Positions 1 to 12,442 of a stretch of DNA of 64,000 nt are shown one piece after another (within the stretch, counting starts at the first letter, position 1; every line of letters begins with the position of its first letter). The stretch is from the human T2T-CHM13v2.0 reference genome, Homo sapiens: NCBI RefSeq assembly GCF_009914755.1, contig NC_060940.1; one strand, written 5' to 3'. The notes under the pieces are model-generated. The model was not told where the DNA came from and did not search any database. It was given only the letters and a program-made list of their open reading frames with translations. Made by a program: the position numbers and the translations under genes.

Positions 1-1569
1 TCCCCCAAAGTCTTAACTCATTTCAGCATTAACTCAAAAGTCCACAGTCCAAAGTCTCATCTGAGACAAGGCAAGGCCCTTCTGCCTATGAGCCTGTAAA
101 ATCAAAAGCAAATTAGTTCCTTCCTAGATACAGTGGGGGTAAAGGTGTTGGATAAATACAGCTGTTCCAAATGGGAGAAATTAGCCAAAAGAAAGGGGCA
201 ACAGGCTCCATGCAAGTCTGAAATCCAATAGGGCAGTCATTAAACTTTGAAGTTTTGAAATGATCCCTTTGACTCCATCTCTCATATCCAGGGCATGCTG
301 ATGCAAGAGGTGGGCTCCCATGGCCTTGGGCAGCTCTGCCCCTGTGGCTTTACAGGGTACAGTCCTACTCCTGTCTGCTTTCATGGGCTGGTGTTGAGTG
401 TCTGTGACTTTTCCAGGTGCACAGTGCAGGCTGTCAGTGAATCTACCATTCTGGGGTCTGGAAGGCCATGGTCCTCTTCTCACAGCTCCATTAGGCAGTG
501 CTCCAGTGGGAACTCTGTGTGGGAACTCACACCCCACATTTCCTTTCTGCACTGCCCTAGCAGAGGTTCTCCATGAAGGCCCCACCCCTGCAGCAAACTT
601 CTGCCTGGACATCCAGGCATTTTTATACATCCTCTGAAATCTAGGCAGAGGTTCCCAAACCTCAGTTCTTGACTTCTGTGCACCCACAGGCTCAACATCA
701 CATGGAAGCTGCCAAGGCTTGAGGCTTGCACCCTCTGAAGCCATGGCCGAAGCTGAACCTTGGCCCCTTTTAGACATGGCTAGAACGGAGGGACACAGGG
801 CACCAAGTCCCTAGGCTGCACACAGCGGGGGTTTCCTGGGCCCAGCCCATTAAACCATTTTTAACTCCTAAGCCTCTGGGTCTGTAATGGGAGGGGCTGC
901 TACAAAGGTCTCTGACATGCCTTGGAGACATTTTCCCCATTGTCTTGGTGATTAACATTTGGCTCCTCATTACGTTTGCAAATTTTTGCAGCAGACTTGA
1001 ATTTCTCATCGGAAAATTGGGTTTTTCTTTTCTATCACGTCGTCAGGCTGCAAATTTTCCAAACTTTTATGCTCTGTTTCCCTTTTAAAACTAAATGCTT
1101 TTAACAGCACCCAAGTCACTCTTGAATGCTTTGCTGCTTAGAAATTTCTTCTGCCCGATAACCTAAATTATCTCCCTTAAGTTCAAAACTCCACAAATCT
1201 CTCGGGCGGGAGCAAAATGACATCAGTGTCTTTGTTAAAACACAGCAAGAGTCACCTTTTAGTTAAGTTCCCAACAAGTTCCTCATCTCCATCTGAGAGC
1301 ACCTCAGGCTGGATTTCATTGTCCATATCATTATCAGCATTTTGGTTAAAGTCATTCGACCAGTCTCTACAAAGTTCTAAACTTTCCCACATCTTCCTGT
1401 CTTCTGAGCCCGCCAAGTTTCTAGGAAGTTCCAAACTTTCCCACATTTTCCTATCTTCTTCTGAGCCTTCCAAGCCGTTCCAACATTTGCCTGTTACCCA
1501 GCTCCGAAGCCACTTCCCCATTTTCAGGTATCTTTACAGCAGCGCCCCACTCTCTCATTACCAATTTAC
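1..1569 (-). mobile_element. THE1-type MaLR internal region, cut by the window edge
   Basis: Typical THE1/MST-int sequence. On the minus strand it begins GTAAATTGGTA immediately after the LTR. ORFs 181..777 and 1252..1521 are MaLR-internal remnants. Confidence 0.93.
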
Positions 1570-1930
1570 TGCATTAGTCCATGTTCATGCTGTTGAAAAA
1601 GATATACCTGAGACTGGGTCATTTATAAATAAAAATAACTTTAATTGACTCACAGTTCCACGTGGCTGGGGAGGCCTCATAATCATGGTAGAAGGCAAAA
1701 GTCATGTCTTACATGGCAGCAGACAAGAAAGAATCAGGACCAAGTGAAAGGGGTTTCCCTTTATAAAACTATCAGATCTCGTGAGACCCATTCAATACCA
1801 TGAGAACAGCATGAGGGAAACTTCCCCCATGATTTAATTATCTCATACTGGGTCCCTCCCACAACATGTTGGAATTATGGGAGCTATAATTCAAGATGAG
1901 GTTTGGGTGGGGACACAGCCATCCATATCA
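1570..1930 (-). mobile_element. THE1 (B/C-like) 5' LTR
   Basis: Minus strand starts TGATATGGATGGCTGTGTCCCCACCCAAACCTCATCTTGAATT, the THE1 LTR start; about 360 bp with TG...CA ends. Confidence 0.93.
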
Positions 1931-2919
1931 ACAGTGCAGATGGTAAAGAAAAAAGGTAGAATTGAACCCTTTGACAAGTCTCTGTCTCTTAATGACCTGT
2001 AATTTCCATTTTACCATCATCCAAAATAATACAGCTATGGTCTGGTATAGATGAACAAGAAATCACAAATTTGATAGACTCTAAAGTAAGACAAGAGACA
2101 GGCTCAGTGACAATTTTACCAATAAAACACCCAAAGTGAGATGAACTTTTAAAAATTCTCCCATTGTCCTTAACACCACATGAGGCAAAAATTTACAAAT
2201 GGAATGTAATTAAAACCGCATCTTCTTTGACCAATTTCAAGAAAATATTCTCCAAGGCATGCTGGAATTATGGAACATTGAGCAAGACTGTCTGGGTGCC
2301 AGAAGCTGTTATTGGAAATATAGAATAAACTTGAGGGTAACAGGCAGTTGCAGGAACCCCCAAACATTAATTTTAGTCACAGTTGGCTGCATCGTATCAA
2401 CCTATAAACACCTCTCCACTTTCAATTAACATTGCTCTGTCTCCTGTCTCGCTGAATATTATATTTAACTAATTTAAGAGGATTGGTAAAGACAGTTTTC
2501 ACACTTCACAGGAAAACATAATGAAATAATTATACCTCTACCTACAAAAGGCATGAGAACATTACATAAGCAGCTTCAAGGCTTTCCAACTAAAACCTCT
2601 TTCCTGTGTCTTCTGTTTGAGATTTAGTGTCTGAGCTTTCACTTAGATATACTCCATTTTTACATCCTTGTGCATGCACGTTGCAAAACGTTTGATTACT
2701 TCTGGGGATTGCTCTTCTGGCATCTTCTTTGGTTACTCAGTATATTGGCCATGATACATCAGGTGGGGTTAGACACATGGCAGGCTGGGACCCCAGCCAC
2801 ATGTGTTGGTGGAGAAGAATGAAATCTGGGATTTGGGACTGGGAAAAGAAATTCATTAGACTGTTCTCAACATAGGTGTGACCTGTGGGACAAGGTATAA
2901 TGTTAGCATTCTTGTCTAG

Positions 2920-3353
2920 TGTATCAGTCAGCTATTGACACAACAATGCTGCATAACCAACCATCTTAAAACTTGTGTGCTACAAACACAGCATTTATTC
3001 TCATGCTTATGGGTTTTATAGACCAATGGTGGCTCAAAGGAATCTGTCAAGTGGCAGGTTGCCTGAGCTTGCATCCAAGCCATCAACTGGGTTCAGGTCT
3101 GATCCATGTTCTCAGGCCTGGGCTGAAAGGGCAGGGAGTGCTCAGTAGATGGGTATCACAAAAACTGCAGAGCCAAGCCAAACCATGCCAGCATATTTAA
3201 GGCCTCTACTTACATTGTGTCTGTCAATATTCCTTTGGCCAAAGAAGTCACATGGCCAGGCCAAAAATCTAGGGAAAGAGGAGCATGTATCATTCTCAGT
3301 GGGAGCTATAAGGTAGTACATATTTGCAGAATAATCAATAATCCTATCCATCA
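2920..3353 (-). mobile_element. Old MLT1 (J/K-like) solo LTR
   Basis: TGTATCAGTCAGCTATTG...GCATAACCAACC at one end and GGCCAAAGAAGTCACATGGCCA, typical of MLT1. Confidence 0.7.
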
Positions 3354-4003
3354 GAGTCATGAAAGGACAATCCAATGGGGAGGGTGAGCAGTGAGTAAAG
3401 AGATAAAGAGTATTCAAAATCAAGCCAAGCTCTGGGAGAAAGGTCATGTATCACCAAAATAGAGTGCCATGGCCCCAGCCATCCAGAGGGGAGTTTAACA
3501 TTGACTTGGGAGATGGAGCATCAGGAAAACAGGAAGAAACCCAGACTTCAAGGTGCAACGTAATGAGCAGAAAGCCAAGTTCACAACAAAATTAATGTAC
3601 AACCCATGTTGGGTTGAGCTGAGCTGATGAGGTGTTCCCTGACCTGGCAGCACTACCTCAGGCTCTAGCCAGGGGGATTCTGCAAAGGAGGCCTCACTGG
3701 TACCACCTGAGTGGAGTTTGGGAAGCTGGTAGATATTTAGTACAACATACTCCATATCTATGGCACCCTCGGAAAGCCTACATGGGATGCAGCAAGATGT
3801 TAAGATGGGATTGTTTAGTTTTGTTTTGTTTTGCTTTGTGCTTTGAACTGGGTTCCTCAAGCATTTAAATCATTGTTCAGAATGCAGAAATCACAAAAAG
3901 CTAAAAGAGTAACATGAGCAGCCAGAGAAGAGGTCAGATCCCATACAAGCCTGGTTATGGAAAGCCAAAAGTTTCTAGTTAAAAAACGTTTAAAACCTAA
4001 TCT

Positions 4004-4513
4004 ACCACATTTTCTTAATCCAGTCTATCATTGTTGGACATTTGGGTTGGTTCCAAGTCTTTGCTATTGTGAATAGTGCCACAATAAACATACGTGTGCA
4101 TGTGTCTTTATAGCAGCATGATTTATAGTCCTTTGGGTATATACCCAGTAATGGGATACTATGCAGCCATAAAAAATGATGAGTTCATGTCCTTTGTAGG
4201 GACATGGATGAAATTGGAAATCATCATTCTCAGTAAACTATCACAAGAACAAAAAACCAAACACCACATATTCTCACTCATAGGTGGGAACTGAACAATG
4301 GGAACACATGGACATAGGAGGGGGAACATCACACTCTGGGGACTGTTGTGGGGTGGGGGGAGGGGGGAGGGATAGCATTGGGAGATATATCTAATGCTAG
4401 ATGACGAGTTAGTGGGTGCAGCGCACCAGAATGTCACATGTATACGTAGGTAACTAACCTGCACATTGTGCACATGTACCCTAAAACTTATAGTATAATA
4501 ATAATAAAAAAAA
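4004..4513 (+). mobile_element. 5'-truncated and 5'-inverted L1PA3-like insertion
   Basis: 4004-4157 is antisense L1 ORF2 end; 4158-4513 is sense L1 3' end with poly(A). TSD AAAACCTAATCT at 3992-4003 and 4514-4525, at a TT/AAAA site. Confidence 0.95.
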
Positions 4514-4923
4514 AAAACCTAATCTGCATTACCATTGCTGAGGGTAATGCAGCAGGCATAATGGCTGCTTACCATTGCAGCAGGCATAATGACTGCCCCC
4601 CAGCAAGTAAGGGACTCTTCTCGCCTCTATGTTGCACAGAAGATAATGTGGCCAACGATTCTGATTCTGTAAATCAGTGCTCAGGATAAGAGGCATCAAA
4701 GAATAAAATAGAGCTAAACAATGATTTACAAACATCCAAGAAAGTTTTGACATAATTACAGTTAACGTAGAGAGATAAGGCTATGAAATCAAAGTGTTTA
4801 TAGTCGAGTATTATGTAAATAGTAGGGCAAAAATAATCCAGTGTTAAGAAAATTGATGTTCCTTCAGTAGAGAAGCCAATAAACACAAAAGGAAAAAGAA
4901 ACACAAATATATTAGAAGAAAAA

Positions 4924-5360
4924 TATCTGAGTCTATTTTGTGTTGCTATAAAAGAATACCTGAGTCTGGGTAATTTATAAAGGAAAGATGTTATTTTGGT
5001 TCACAGTTCCATAGGCTGTACAAGAAGCACAGTGCCTGCATTTGCTTGGTCTCTGGTGAGGACCTCAGGCTGCTTCCAATCATGGCAGAAGCTGGCAGGG
5101 AGCTGCCATGTGCAGAAATCACATGTCGAGAGAGGAAGCAAGAGAGAAGGAAGCAAGAGAGAAGGAAGCAAGGTACCAGGCTTTTTAAAACAACCAGCTG
5201 TCTTGGGAACAGAGTGAGAACTCACTCACCCCTGAGGAATGGAATTAATCTCTTCATGAGAGTCCCGTGACTCAAACACCTCCTATTATGCCTCACTTCC
5301 AACACTGGGGATTAAATTTCAACATGAGATTTGGAAGAGATGAGCATCTAAACCATAGCA
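4924..5360 (-). mobile_element. MSTB-like solo LTR
   Basis: TTGCTATAAAAGAATACCTGAGTCTGGGTAATTTATAA...CATGAGATTTGG...AAACCATAGCA; contains a 15-bp tandem AGGAAGCAAGAGAGA. Confidence 0.88.
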
Positions 5361-5761
5361 AAGAATTTCTCAAAATCAGAATTAAAAAAAAAATCTACAG
5401 AATGAAAGCACATTTTATCTTCCAGGAAGAGTTAGTACAGAGCAGAAAAGGCACAGTACAGTAAACGCACTTGAAAAATACAGAAAAATTTTACCCTATA
5501 GGCAACAGAAGGCAAGTCATGTATAAGAAGAAAAGTCAAGGTGGCTTCAGACTTTTCCATCACAGCATTAAACATCCAGGAGAAAATGCAGCAATAATCA
5601 CACAAATCTGAGGTGAAGGAACTAAAATTCTAAAACATTCTATCATGCCATTCAGCATAAAAACAACGTGGCAAACATTCTCAAAGATGAAATAAATCAG
5701 AGCTAATAGCACACCTGAGCTTATCTAGAGCAGTTATATAATAATACATCTTGCCAGCTAC

Positions 5762-5785
<24 letters not shown>
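5762..5785 (+). repeat. Poly(A)24 run
   Basis: 24 consecutive A with no Alu body in front. Confidence 0.95.
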
Positions 5786-5792
<7 letters not shown>

Positions 5793-6679
5793 GGGAATGA
5801 AGAACTTTGGCAAACAGCCTTAAAGTAGAGTCCATTTAATTATAGATTCTGGATTCGGTAACTAGGGTTTCAGTGTTCCAAGAACAAAGCATAAGTTACT
5901 AAATGGTGATGAAGTAAAAGTGAAGATATAATCCACACATCAAGAGGGTTGGGGATATTAGGTTGGATATGGGAGCGTGAATATCTTTTCATGCATCATT
6001 CATACTGTCCAAAATTAAAATATGAAGTTAAAAAAATTAACTTCTACCTCTGCCAAATTTTTTTTCTTAACCTTAGAGGGCTCTTATAAAGAATAATACA
6101 ATTTGTGGTAAAGAATTACATTTTAGCAAGTTCTTCTGTTTTACTTCAATTGCTTTTTCTTCCATTTAGTTCAGGAAAATTTAATTTAATAACTTTTATT
6201 GAAACAGCAAATATATTATAATTATATTTGTTGCCACACCTCTTCCTGTCTGTCTTTCTGTGTATATACTAAAAAGCTGTTTGGAATAATATACACTCCA
6301 TGTTGACAATGGCTATTTTTAGTTTGTAAGATTTTCAAGGCGATTTATTTTACTTCTTCCTACTTGAGTACCATTTGAATTACTTATAATGAGCAGGTAT
6401 CGTTTTAAACATACAGTCATTATTTTAAAAATCAAAGAATCCAAACCAACATCTTTATATAAAGTGCTTTTTCTGGGAAAACAGAGAAAGCAAAACTGGG
6501 TAAGCAGAATTATTTATCTAATGTCAACACTCCAAGACTGATTTCTGCCCAGATGTGTTATGTGTTTTAGGACAGCAGGGCAGGGAGCTCTGGAAAGAAA
6601 AATGAGAGCTCTGAGCCTCCTAGAAAAGAAAAGACTTTCACAAGGAAATGAGGAAGAAATTAAAAGCAATAAAATGCTA

Positions 6680-6892
6680 AAATATATTGAGTATTTCTAT
6701 GAACCAGATACTGTGCTAAGAACTATACATTGATTTTCTAACTTAATTATAACCATAATCCTGCTAAATAGGCACTGTTATTACTCATAATATTCTGCAT
6801 AAGGAGATTGAGACTATGCATTAGGAGACTGCCCAAGGCCACCCCACAGGTGGCAGAGCTGATACTCTGACTTCAAATCCGAGTTTTTAACC
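6680..6892 (-). mobile_element. MIR
   Basis: TATTGAGTATTTCTATGAACCAGATACTGTGCTAAG...GCCCAAGGCCAC...GGTGGCAGAGCTG. Confidence 0.75.
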
Positions 6893-7098
6893 TTTCTAAA
6901 AACTCAATTTCTAAAACCCAATTTCTAAAAGAAAGCACAGAATCTAGGACTTGAGCTGCCTGAGCTTCCTGAAGGCTGTTAATCTCATACAAATGGTCAC
7001 AAAACTTACCCTACACTGAACCAAGGTCATGTCTGCTCATAAATGTGTTTCCCAATGGGATGATTTCCAGACACAGCCATCAAAAGTTGGCCAGTGCT

Positions 7099-7259
7099 TA
7101 GCCGGGCGTGTTGGTGGGTGCCTGTGGTCCCAGCTACTCGGAGGCTGAGGCAGGAGAATGGCGTGAACCCAGGAGGCGGAGCTTGCAGTGAGCCAAGATT
7201 GTGCCACTGCACTCCAGCCTGGGCGACAGAGCGAGACTCCGTCTCAAAAAAAAAAAAAA
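7099..7259 (+). mobile_element. 5'-truncated AluY (right monomer only)
   Basis: AluY diagnostics GAATGGCGTGAACC and GGAGCTTGCAG. TSD AAAAGTTGGCCA(G/A)TGCT at 7082-7098 and 7260-7276. Confidence 0.95.
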
Positions 7260-7593
7260 AAAAGTTGGCCAATGCTCAGACAACTTCAACTTTAGAGTGC
7301 ATGATTATCTCAGAATAAAAAAAAATAACCACCCCTCCTGATCACTGTGTGCTGCCATGGTGCTTTCATTGTCAGGAGGCCTTGCTTTAGGTTCTAAAGT
7401 TCTCTGTGTGTAGAAGTCTGGAGCTCGGTTGTCCCCTCATCCCCAGAAGCAGCTATGCAAAGCCTATGCAAAGCTTCCATGAGTAAGCAGCAATCTGCCG
7501 TTCAGAAATCTGGGGTGCAATCTTTCCAGCAGCAGCATGGACCAACAGAACTGCCCACCAAGCCCAGATAATCAGGCCTTCTGGGAAATTCTC

Positions 7594-8068
7594 TGTAGTG
7601 GGTTAAATGGTAACCACACCCCCAACTGCAACAAAAGAAAGATATGTCCACCTGGAACAGTGAAATATGATCTTATTTGGGAAAAGAGACTTTGCAGATG
7701 TAATTAAGCTAAGGATCTCAACATGAGATCATCCTGGATTATGGTGAGCTCTAAATCTAATGGCAAGTGGCCTTAGAAGAGAATGGATGAAGACACACAT
7801 TGGAGAAAGTGATGTGAAGACTGAGGGGGAAATTGGTGTGATGAGTCTGCAAACCAAGGAATGCCAAAGATCGCCGGCAGCCACCTGAGGCTAGAAGAGA
7901 GAGGCAGGGGAAAGATTCTTCCTCAGAACCTCCGGAAGAAACCAACCCTGACATCATCTTGATTCTGGACTTCTGACTTCCTGAACTATGAGGGCATACC
8001 TTTCTGGTGATTTAAGCTGTCAAGTTTGTGGTTAAAATTTGTGATGGCAGCCACAGGAAACACATACA
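7594..8068 (+). mobile_element. MLT1C/D solo LTR
   Basis: TGTAGTGGGTTAAATGG...TTTGCAGATGTAATTAAG...GGAAACACATACA; near-TSD TTCTC/TTCCC. Confidence 0.88.
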
Positions 8069-8369
8069 TTCCCATGCTATCTAAACTCCAAATATCCACT
8101 CCTCCATGTCCAACATCATTCATGTATGAATTATATTAATCCATGAATTCACACCTCAGTTCAGTCTGTGCCAATAGTAAGGCTCAGAACTCTACCTACC
8201 TGATTTTGGCGTGGAATGTAAGCTCCTGGACATGGTGTGCACTGCACAGAGTGGGTGCTCAATGAACATTTGTCACATGAATGATTTGGGTGGGGGGTGA
8301 GATAACAGCCATTTAAGACTTACTCCATAGGATATGATAAATAGGCATGAGTTGAGAGAATATAAATGG

Positions 8370-8535
8370 CATCCTAGTGTCAGCTTCATTTCTTGCTTTG
8401 CTGAATGATCTTAGGAAAGTCACCAGTAGGTTCAGAGCTTCTGATTCCTCATCTATGGGATGGATGTACTAAAACCTGCTCTAATTATTTCAGGGACTGT
8501 TGTGAAGATTAAATTAGAGAATAGATATCAAAGTT
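8370..8535 (+). mobile_element. MIR
   Basis: TTCCTCATCTATGGGATGG...GTTGTGAAGATTAAATTAGAGA core. Confidence 0.65.
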
Positions 8536-8877
8536 TCAAACTGTTAAGATTCATAAGCCTTTGTTTTTAGTGTTATTTCTAGAACAAAGAATCCCATATT
8601 TTTTTTTTTAAAAAAAAGAATGTTTAAAGCTACTCAAATAATTTGTTTGTTTAGGGGTCTAAGACAAGTACCATAAAGTCCGGTATAAAGAGAAGGGACA
8701 GAATGCTGCCTGGGCCTTGTCTTCCTGGAACCCAGGATTCACTGTGGAATTAGCACACAAGCCTGGAGCTCCATGTAATGTGGAGATCTGTCTTCATCAG
8801 GGGTAGAAAGGAGACTCTGAAAGCTGCTGTTTTATATCTGCACTTAGAAGTGAATTTTCTCTTCCTATTGATCTTTT

Positions 8878-9050
8878 TCAACATTTATTGAGACATTATT
8901 ATGTGTCAGGCATCAAAAAGCATTTTACAGGCATAAGCTCCTTTCATCATCCCCATTTTACAGATGAGAAAAGTCAGATGCAGACACATAAATGGTGGAG
9001 CTCAGGTTTTAGTGGTGCGTCCAGAGCCTGAACTCCTAACCTCTGTGCGT
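8878..9050 (-). mobile_element. MIR
   Basis: ACATTTATTGAG...CCCCATTTTACAGATGAGAAAA. Confidence 0.75.
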
Positions 9051-9064
9051 TGCTGCTCTCTCAG

Positions 9065-10300
9065 CTATCTACTGAGCACCTTTTCTTGGAGTGCCTCATG
9101 AAGGGCTTAGAAAGCAGAAGCAGTCCCTCCTTCAAGAAAGTCATAGATTGACGGGGAAGGTAGACATGTGAACAATTTACCGTACAATGTGTTGTTATCT
9201 AACAGCAAATAATTGTGCCTAGTCCTGCAAGGAAGGAGGAATTATGGGCTGAAGGATAAAGGAAGGATTCACAAAGAAAGTGACTTTGAGCTGGGTCTTG
9301 CAGTGTGAACAGCAGTTCGCCATCTTACCTAGAGGAAAAAGAAGCTCAGAGGCATGAAAGTAGTTGATGGACCTGAGAAACAGCAGTTTGCTGTAGCTGA
9401 AACAGGGGTGTGTGTTTGGAGAGATGGGCGGCGGAGGCAGATGAAGCTGGGAGGATAAGTTTGTGCAGATGATGAGATACCAGAAGTGCTTTGGTCAAGA
9501 GATGAGATTTTATCCTCTACACCAGAACTTGCAAGCTGGTGGTCCCAGAGGCCCAGATTTGGCCCACAGACAAGTTTTGTTTGGCCCATTTGTGTTTAAA
9601 ATTATTTTTTTAATTTGTGTTTAAAATTAATTGGTCTAAGTTAAGATATCAGGACTGTATCATGATGTCAACAAAATTTTGTTCCAACTCAATCTGATTT
9701 CCTCTGATTGAAGTCTAGTGACAATTTGTAGCAATTTGTCATCCCTCAATTATTAGAAAAGGGAAAGAAGAAAACACAAGAAAGGTAGGGAGGGAGGTGA
9801 AGATGTAAAAGAGAATAAAGACTGGATATATTCCTCCCCCTCCCCATCTACCTACCCATGAAAAATTATTTTAATTAACTACCAATATTTGTAAGTGACA
9901 AGAACCTTACATAACCATCTGAATGTCAGTTCTCATTTGAAAAATTCAAAATCTGGCAGCACCGGGCCCTTATTTATTCACTGCTACTGACTGGGGCTGC
10001 AGAACGTGTGTCCTTTTAGACCCATCTTGCATTCTTCTGTTGACACAGCCCCCACTCTGCCCACTGCACCCACTTTTCACTTCTGGCCTAGTGCCTGTGG
10101 ACATCTGAGTTCTTACCCCCTTTGGATGGGTCCATCTTGGAGGTTAGGCAGATGAGTAATGTGCTCAGGTCTGAATGGGTCCAGGCTATTTTGGCTGGAG
10201 TGCAGAGGACAGAACAAAAGGAGAAGAACCAGACACAGAGAAACCAGTTTCAAGACTGTCCAGGTAATGTGACTAGAGATGCAAGGGTAATGAATATGGG
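9065..10300 (-). mobile_element. L2 fragment interrupted by MER102
   Basis: AAGGATTCACAAAGAAAGTGACTTTGAGCTGGGTCTTG and GAGATTTTATCCT motifs; L2 resumes after about 10122. Confidence 0.6.
9526..10121 (+). mobile_element. MER102-like hAT-Charlie fossil with an internal insertion of about 250 bp
   Basis: GGCCCAGATTTGGCCCACAGACAAGTTTTGTTTGGCCC start and ATCTGGCAGCACCGGGCCC...TGAGTTCTTACCCC end. Confidence 0.65.
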
Positions 10301-10334
10301 TGTGGGCATCTTCACAAGGTTTGTTTCCTTAACG

Positions 10335-10575
10335 TTGCAATCTCTCCTTCTTAGTAAAGCCTTCTTTACTGCCCTATTTAAAGTTACACCCCCATCCTCC
10401 ATCTCCCTCCCCTGCCTCATTCTTCTGCATTATACGAATCCTTCCCCAACATTCTGGATGCTTTACATATTCATCTTTTCATTATCTGTCTCCTCCAACT
10501 AGAACGGAAGCTCCAGGTGGCCAGGAATTTTGTTTGTTTGATGCCCTGCTGTATTCCCAGTGCCCAGCACAGAAT
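10335..10575 (+). mobile_element. L2a 3' end
   Basis: TCTGTCTCCTCCAACTAGAACGGAAGCTCCA...GCTGTATTCCCAGTGCCCAGCACAG. Confidence 0.75.
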
Positions 10576-10744
10576 GTTTTTAACAAAGAAATGTTTGTTT
10601 TAGGTTTAAAAATGATGTTTTAAGTTATTTTTAAATATATACCATCTCCATACAGGAGGAAGATGGGCTATGTTTTTCTAGCCCGCCAGCACAGCCCAGA
10701 GGACCTCCAGGACTGTTCCGATCCCAGTCTAAGAAATTCGTCTC

Positions 10745-11062
<318 letters not shown>

Positions 11063-11619
11063 TCATGTCCACACTAGCCATGCAGTGGCAGGGGTAGACA
11101 TGCCACCTCTTGGAAGCCAAGTCCCCCAAGGCTGGGGTATGTCCAGGACTTGCTCACACCTCCACATCCACAGCTCTCTGGACATGGACACTAGACCCTC
11201 CGGAGCCCCAGCACCCTGGGACCCATACAGCCTTTGAAAGGAGGGCTCAGATTAAGTGTCCTTTATCTCCATTGTGATTTCTCCCCTGTTTTTCTCTGAA
11301 CAAGTGGCAAGGCTCTCAGAGCCTCCCTTTGATGCTTAATTGCTTAATTATCAGCTTACTCCACTAACTCTAAAAAAGGGAATTGAACCACTTTAAAAAG
11401 GGAGGTGGGGTTGGAGGCTGCCCAGGGAGTGCGGCTCCCCTCTGTGTCTGCAACAGTTAACTCCAGAGAGGGTAGGAGGGCTTCTTACAACTTGGGTTCA
11501 GGGGCCTGTCCCCTCCTGCCACTACTATCATCACCCTTTCTGTCCCTCTTCATCAAGATGAATGCTTGGAGATGAGTGTGAGGATATCTGAGCCCCCAGG
11601 GCCACTATCCAGCTTACCC

Positions 11620-11905
11620 TTTTTTTTATTTTTATTTTTTATTTTTTTATTTTTTTTGAGACAGGGTCTCTCTCTCTCTGCCACCCAGGCTGGAGTGCAG
11701 TGGCACAATCTTGGCTCACTGCAGCCTCAACCTCCCCAGGCTCAGGTGATTCTCCCACCTCAGCCTCCTGAGTAGCTGGGACTGCAGGCACACACCACCA
11801 CACCTGGCTAACACATTTTTTGTAGAGACAGGGTCTCACCACGCTGTCCAGGCTGGTCTTAAACTGGGCTTAAGCGATCTGCCCACTTTGACCTCCCAAA
11901 GTGCT
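11620..11905 (-). mobile_element. AluJ, missing about 30 bp at its 5' end
   Basis: T-tail followed by antisense dimer ending at CCCAAAGTGCT. Confidence 0.92.
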
Positions 11906-11984
11906 TTTTCCTCTGAAAGCATCTAAATCTTTTCAAATTTCAATTATTTTTATGCTGCTGACATTTGTTCCTCCATTCTATCTT

Positions 11985-12215
11985 CCTTTCATTTATTCAT
12001 TGACACAGTTTACATGCCAGGGTCAAATGAGGCACTCAGGACCAAAGAATAAAAAGATGGATCTGAAAACAGCTGCCATTCAAATGCCCTGATAGTCTGG
12101 GCAGGATGTGGGGAGGGGTTAATCCTACTGAGCTGAGAGTGGGGATCTGTGTTTGGGGGATCAGAACCACCTTCAGGAGGAAGTGACATTTCATAGGTCC
12201 AAGAAGCATAGGTGG
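11985..12215 (-). mobile_element. L2 fragment
   Basis: TTCATTTATTCATTGA...CTTCAGGAGGAAGTGACATTT. Confidence 0.55.
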
Positions 12216-12342
12216 GTGCTCAAGATGTCAGCAGATTTCACCTTCTCTTCTCTTTCATCTCTTCCCTGCCCCTCCTCTCTTTCCTTCTATCCTCCTCCTC
12301 CTCTTCTTCCCTCCACCCTCTGCTGCTCTTTCACTCTCTTAG

Positions 12343-12373
12343 ACACACATACACACACACACACACACACACA
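12343..12373 (+). repeat. (AC)n microsatellite, preceded by a CT-rich tract at 12240-12330
   Basis: Seen directly. Confidence 0.95.
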
Positions 12374-12442
12374 TATCTTCCTCAATTTGTGAATAAAATA
12401 GTTTCACAAACACACAGACGATCTCACTATACCCACCTCTGC

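Larger units (their letters stand above)
4700..6430 (+). mobile_element. Ancient HAL1/L1M-like LINE remnant, split by an MST LTR
   Basis: A-rich ORF1-like sequence (GGTGGCTTCAGACTTTTCCATCACAGCATT) and an L1ME/HAL1-like 3' end near 6270-6430; boundaries approximate. Confidence 0.5.

Noticed and set aside
181-777. 198-aa ORF as a protein-coding gene
   Set aside because: It lies wholly in THE1 internal sequence, and the homologous region at 63.3-63.8 kb is broken into pieces.
1-1000. Identity of window start and end as circularity or an assembly artefact
   Set aside because: The copies differ by many substitutions and indels, as expected for independent THE1 insertions.
9661-9710. Possible C/D-box snoRNA (ATGATG...CTGA)
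   Set aside because: The C box is imperfect (ATGATGT), spacing is short and there is no terminal stem.
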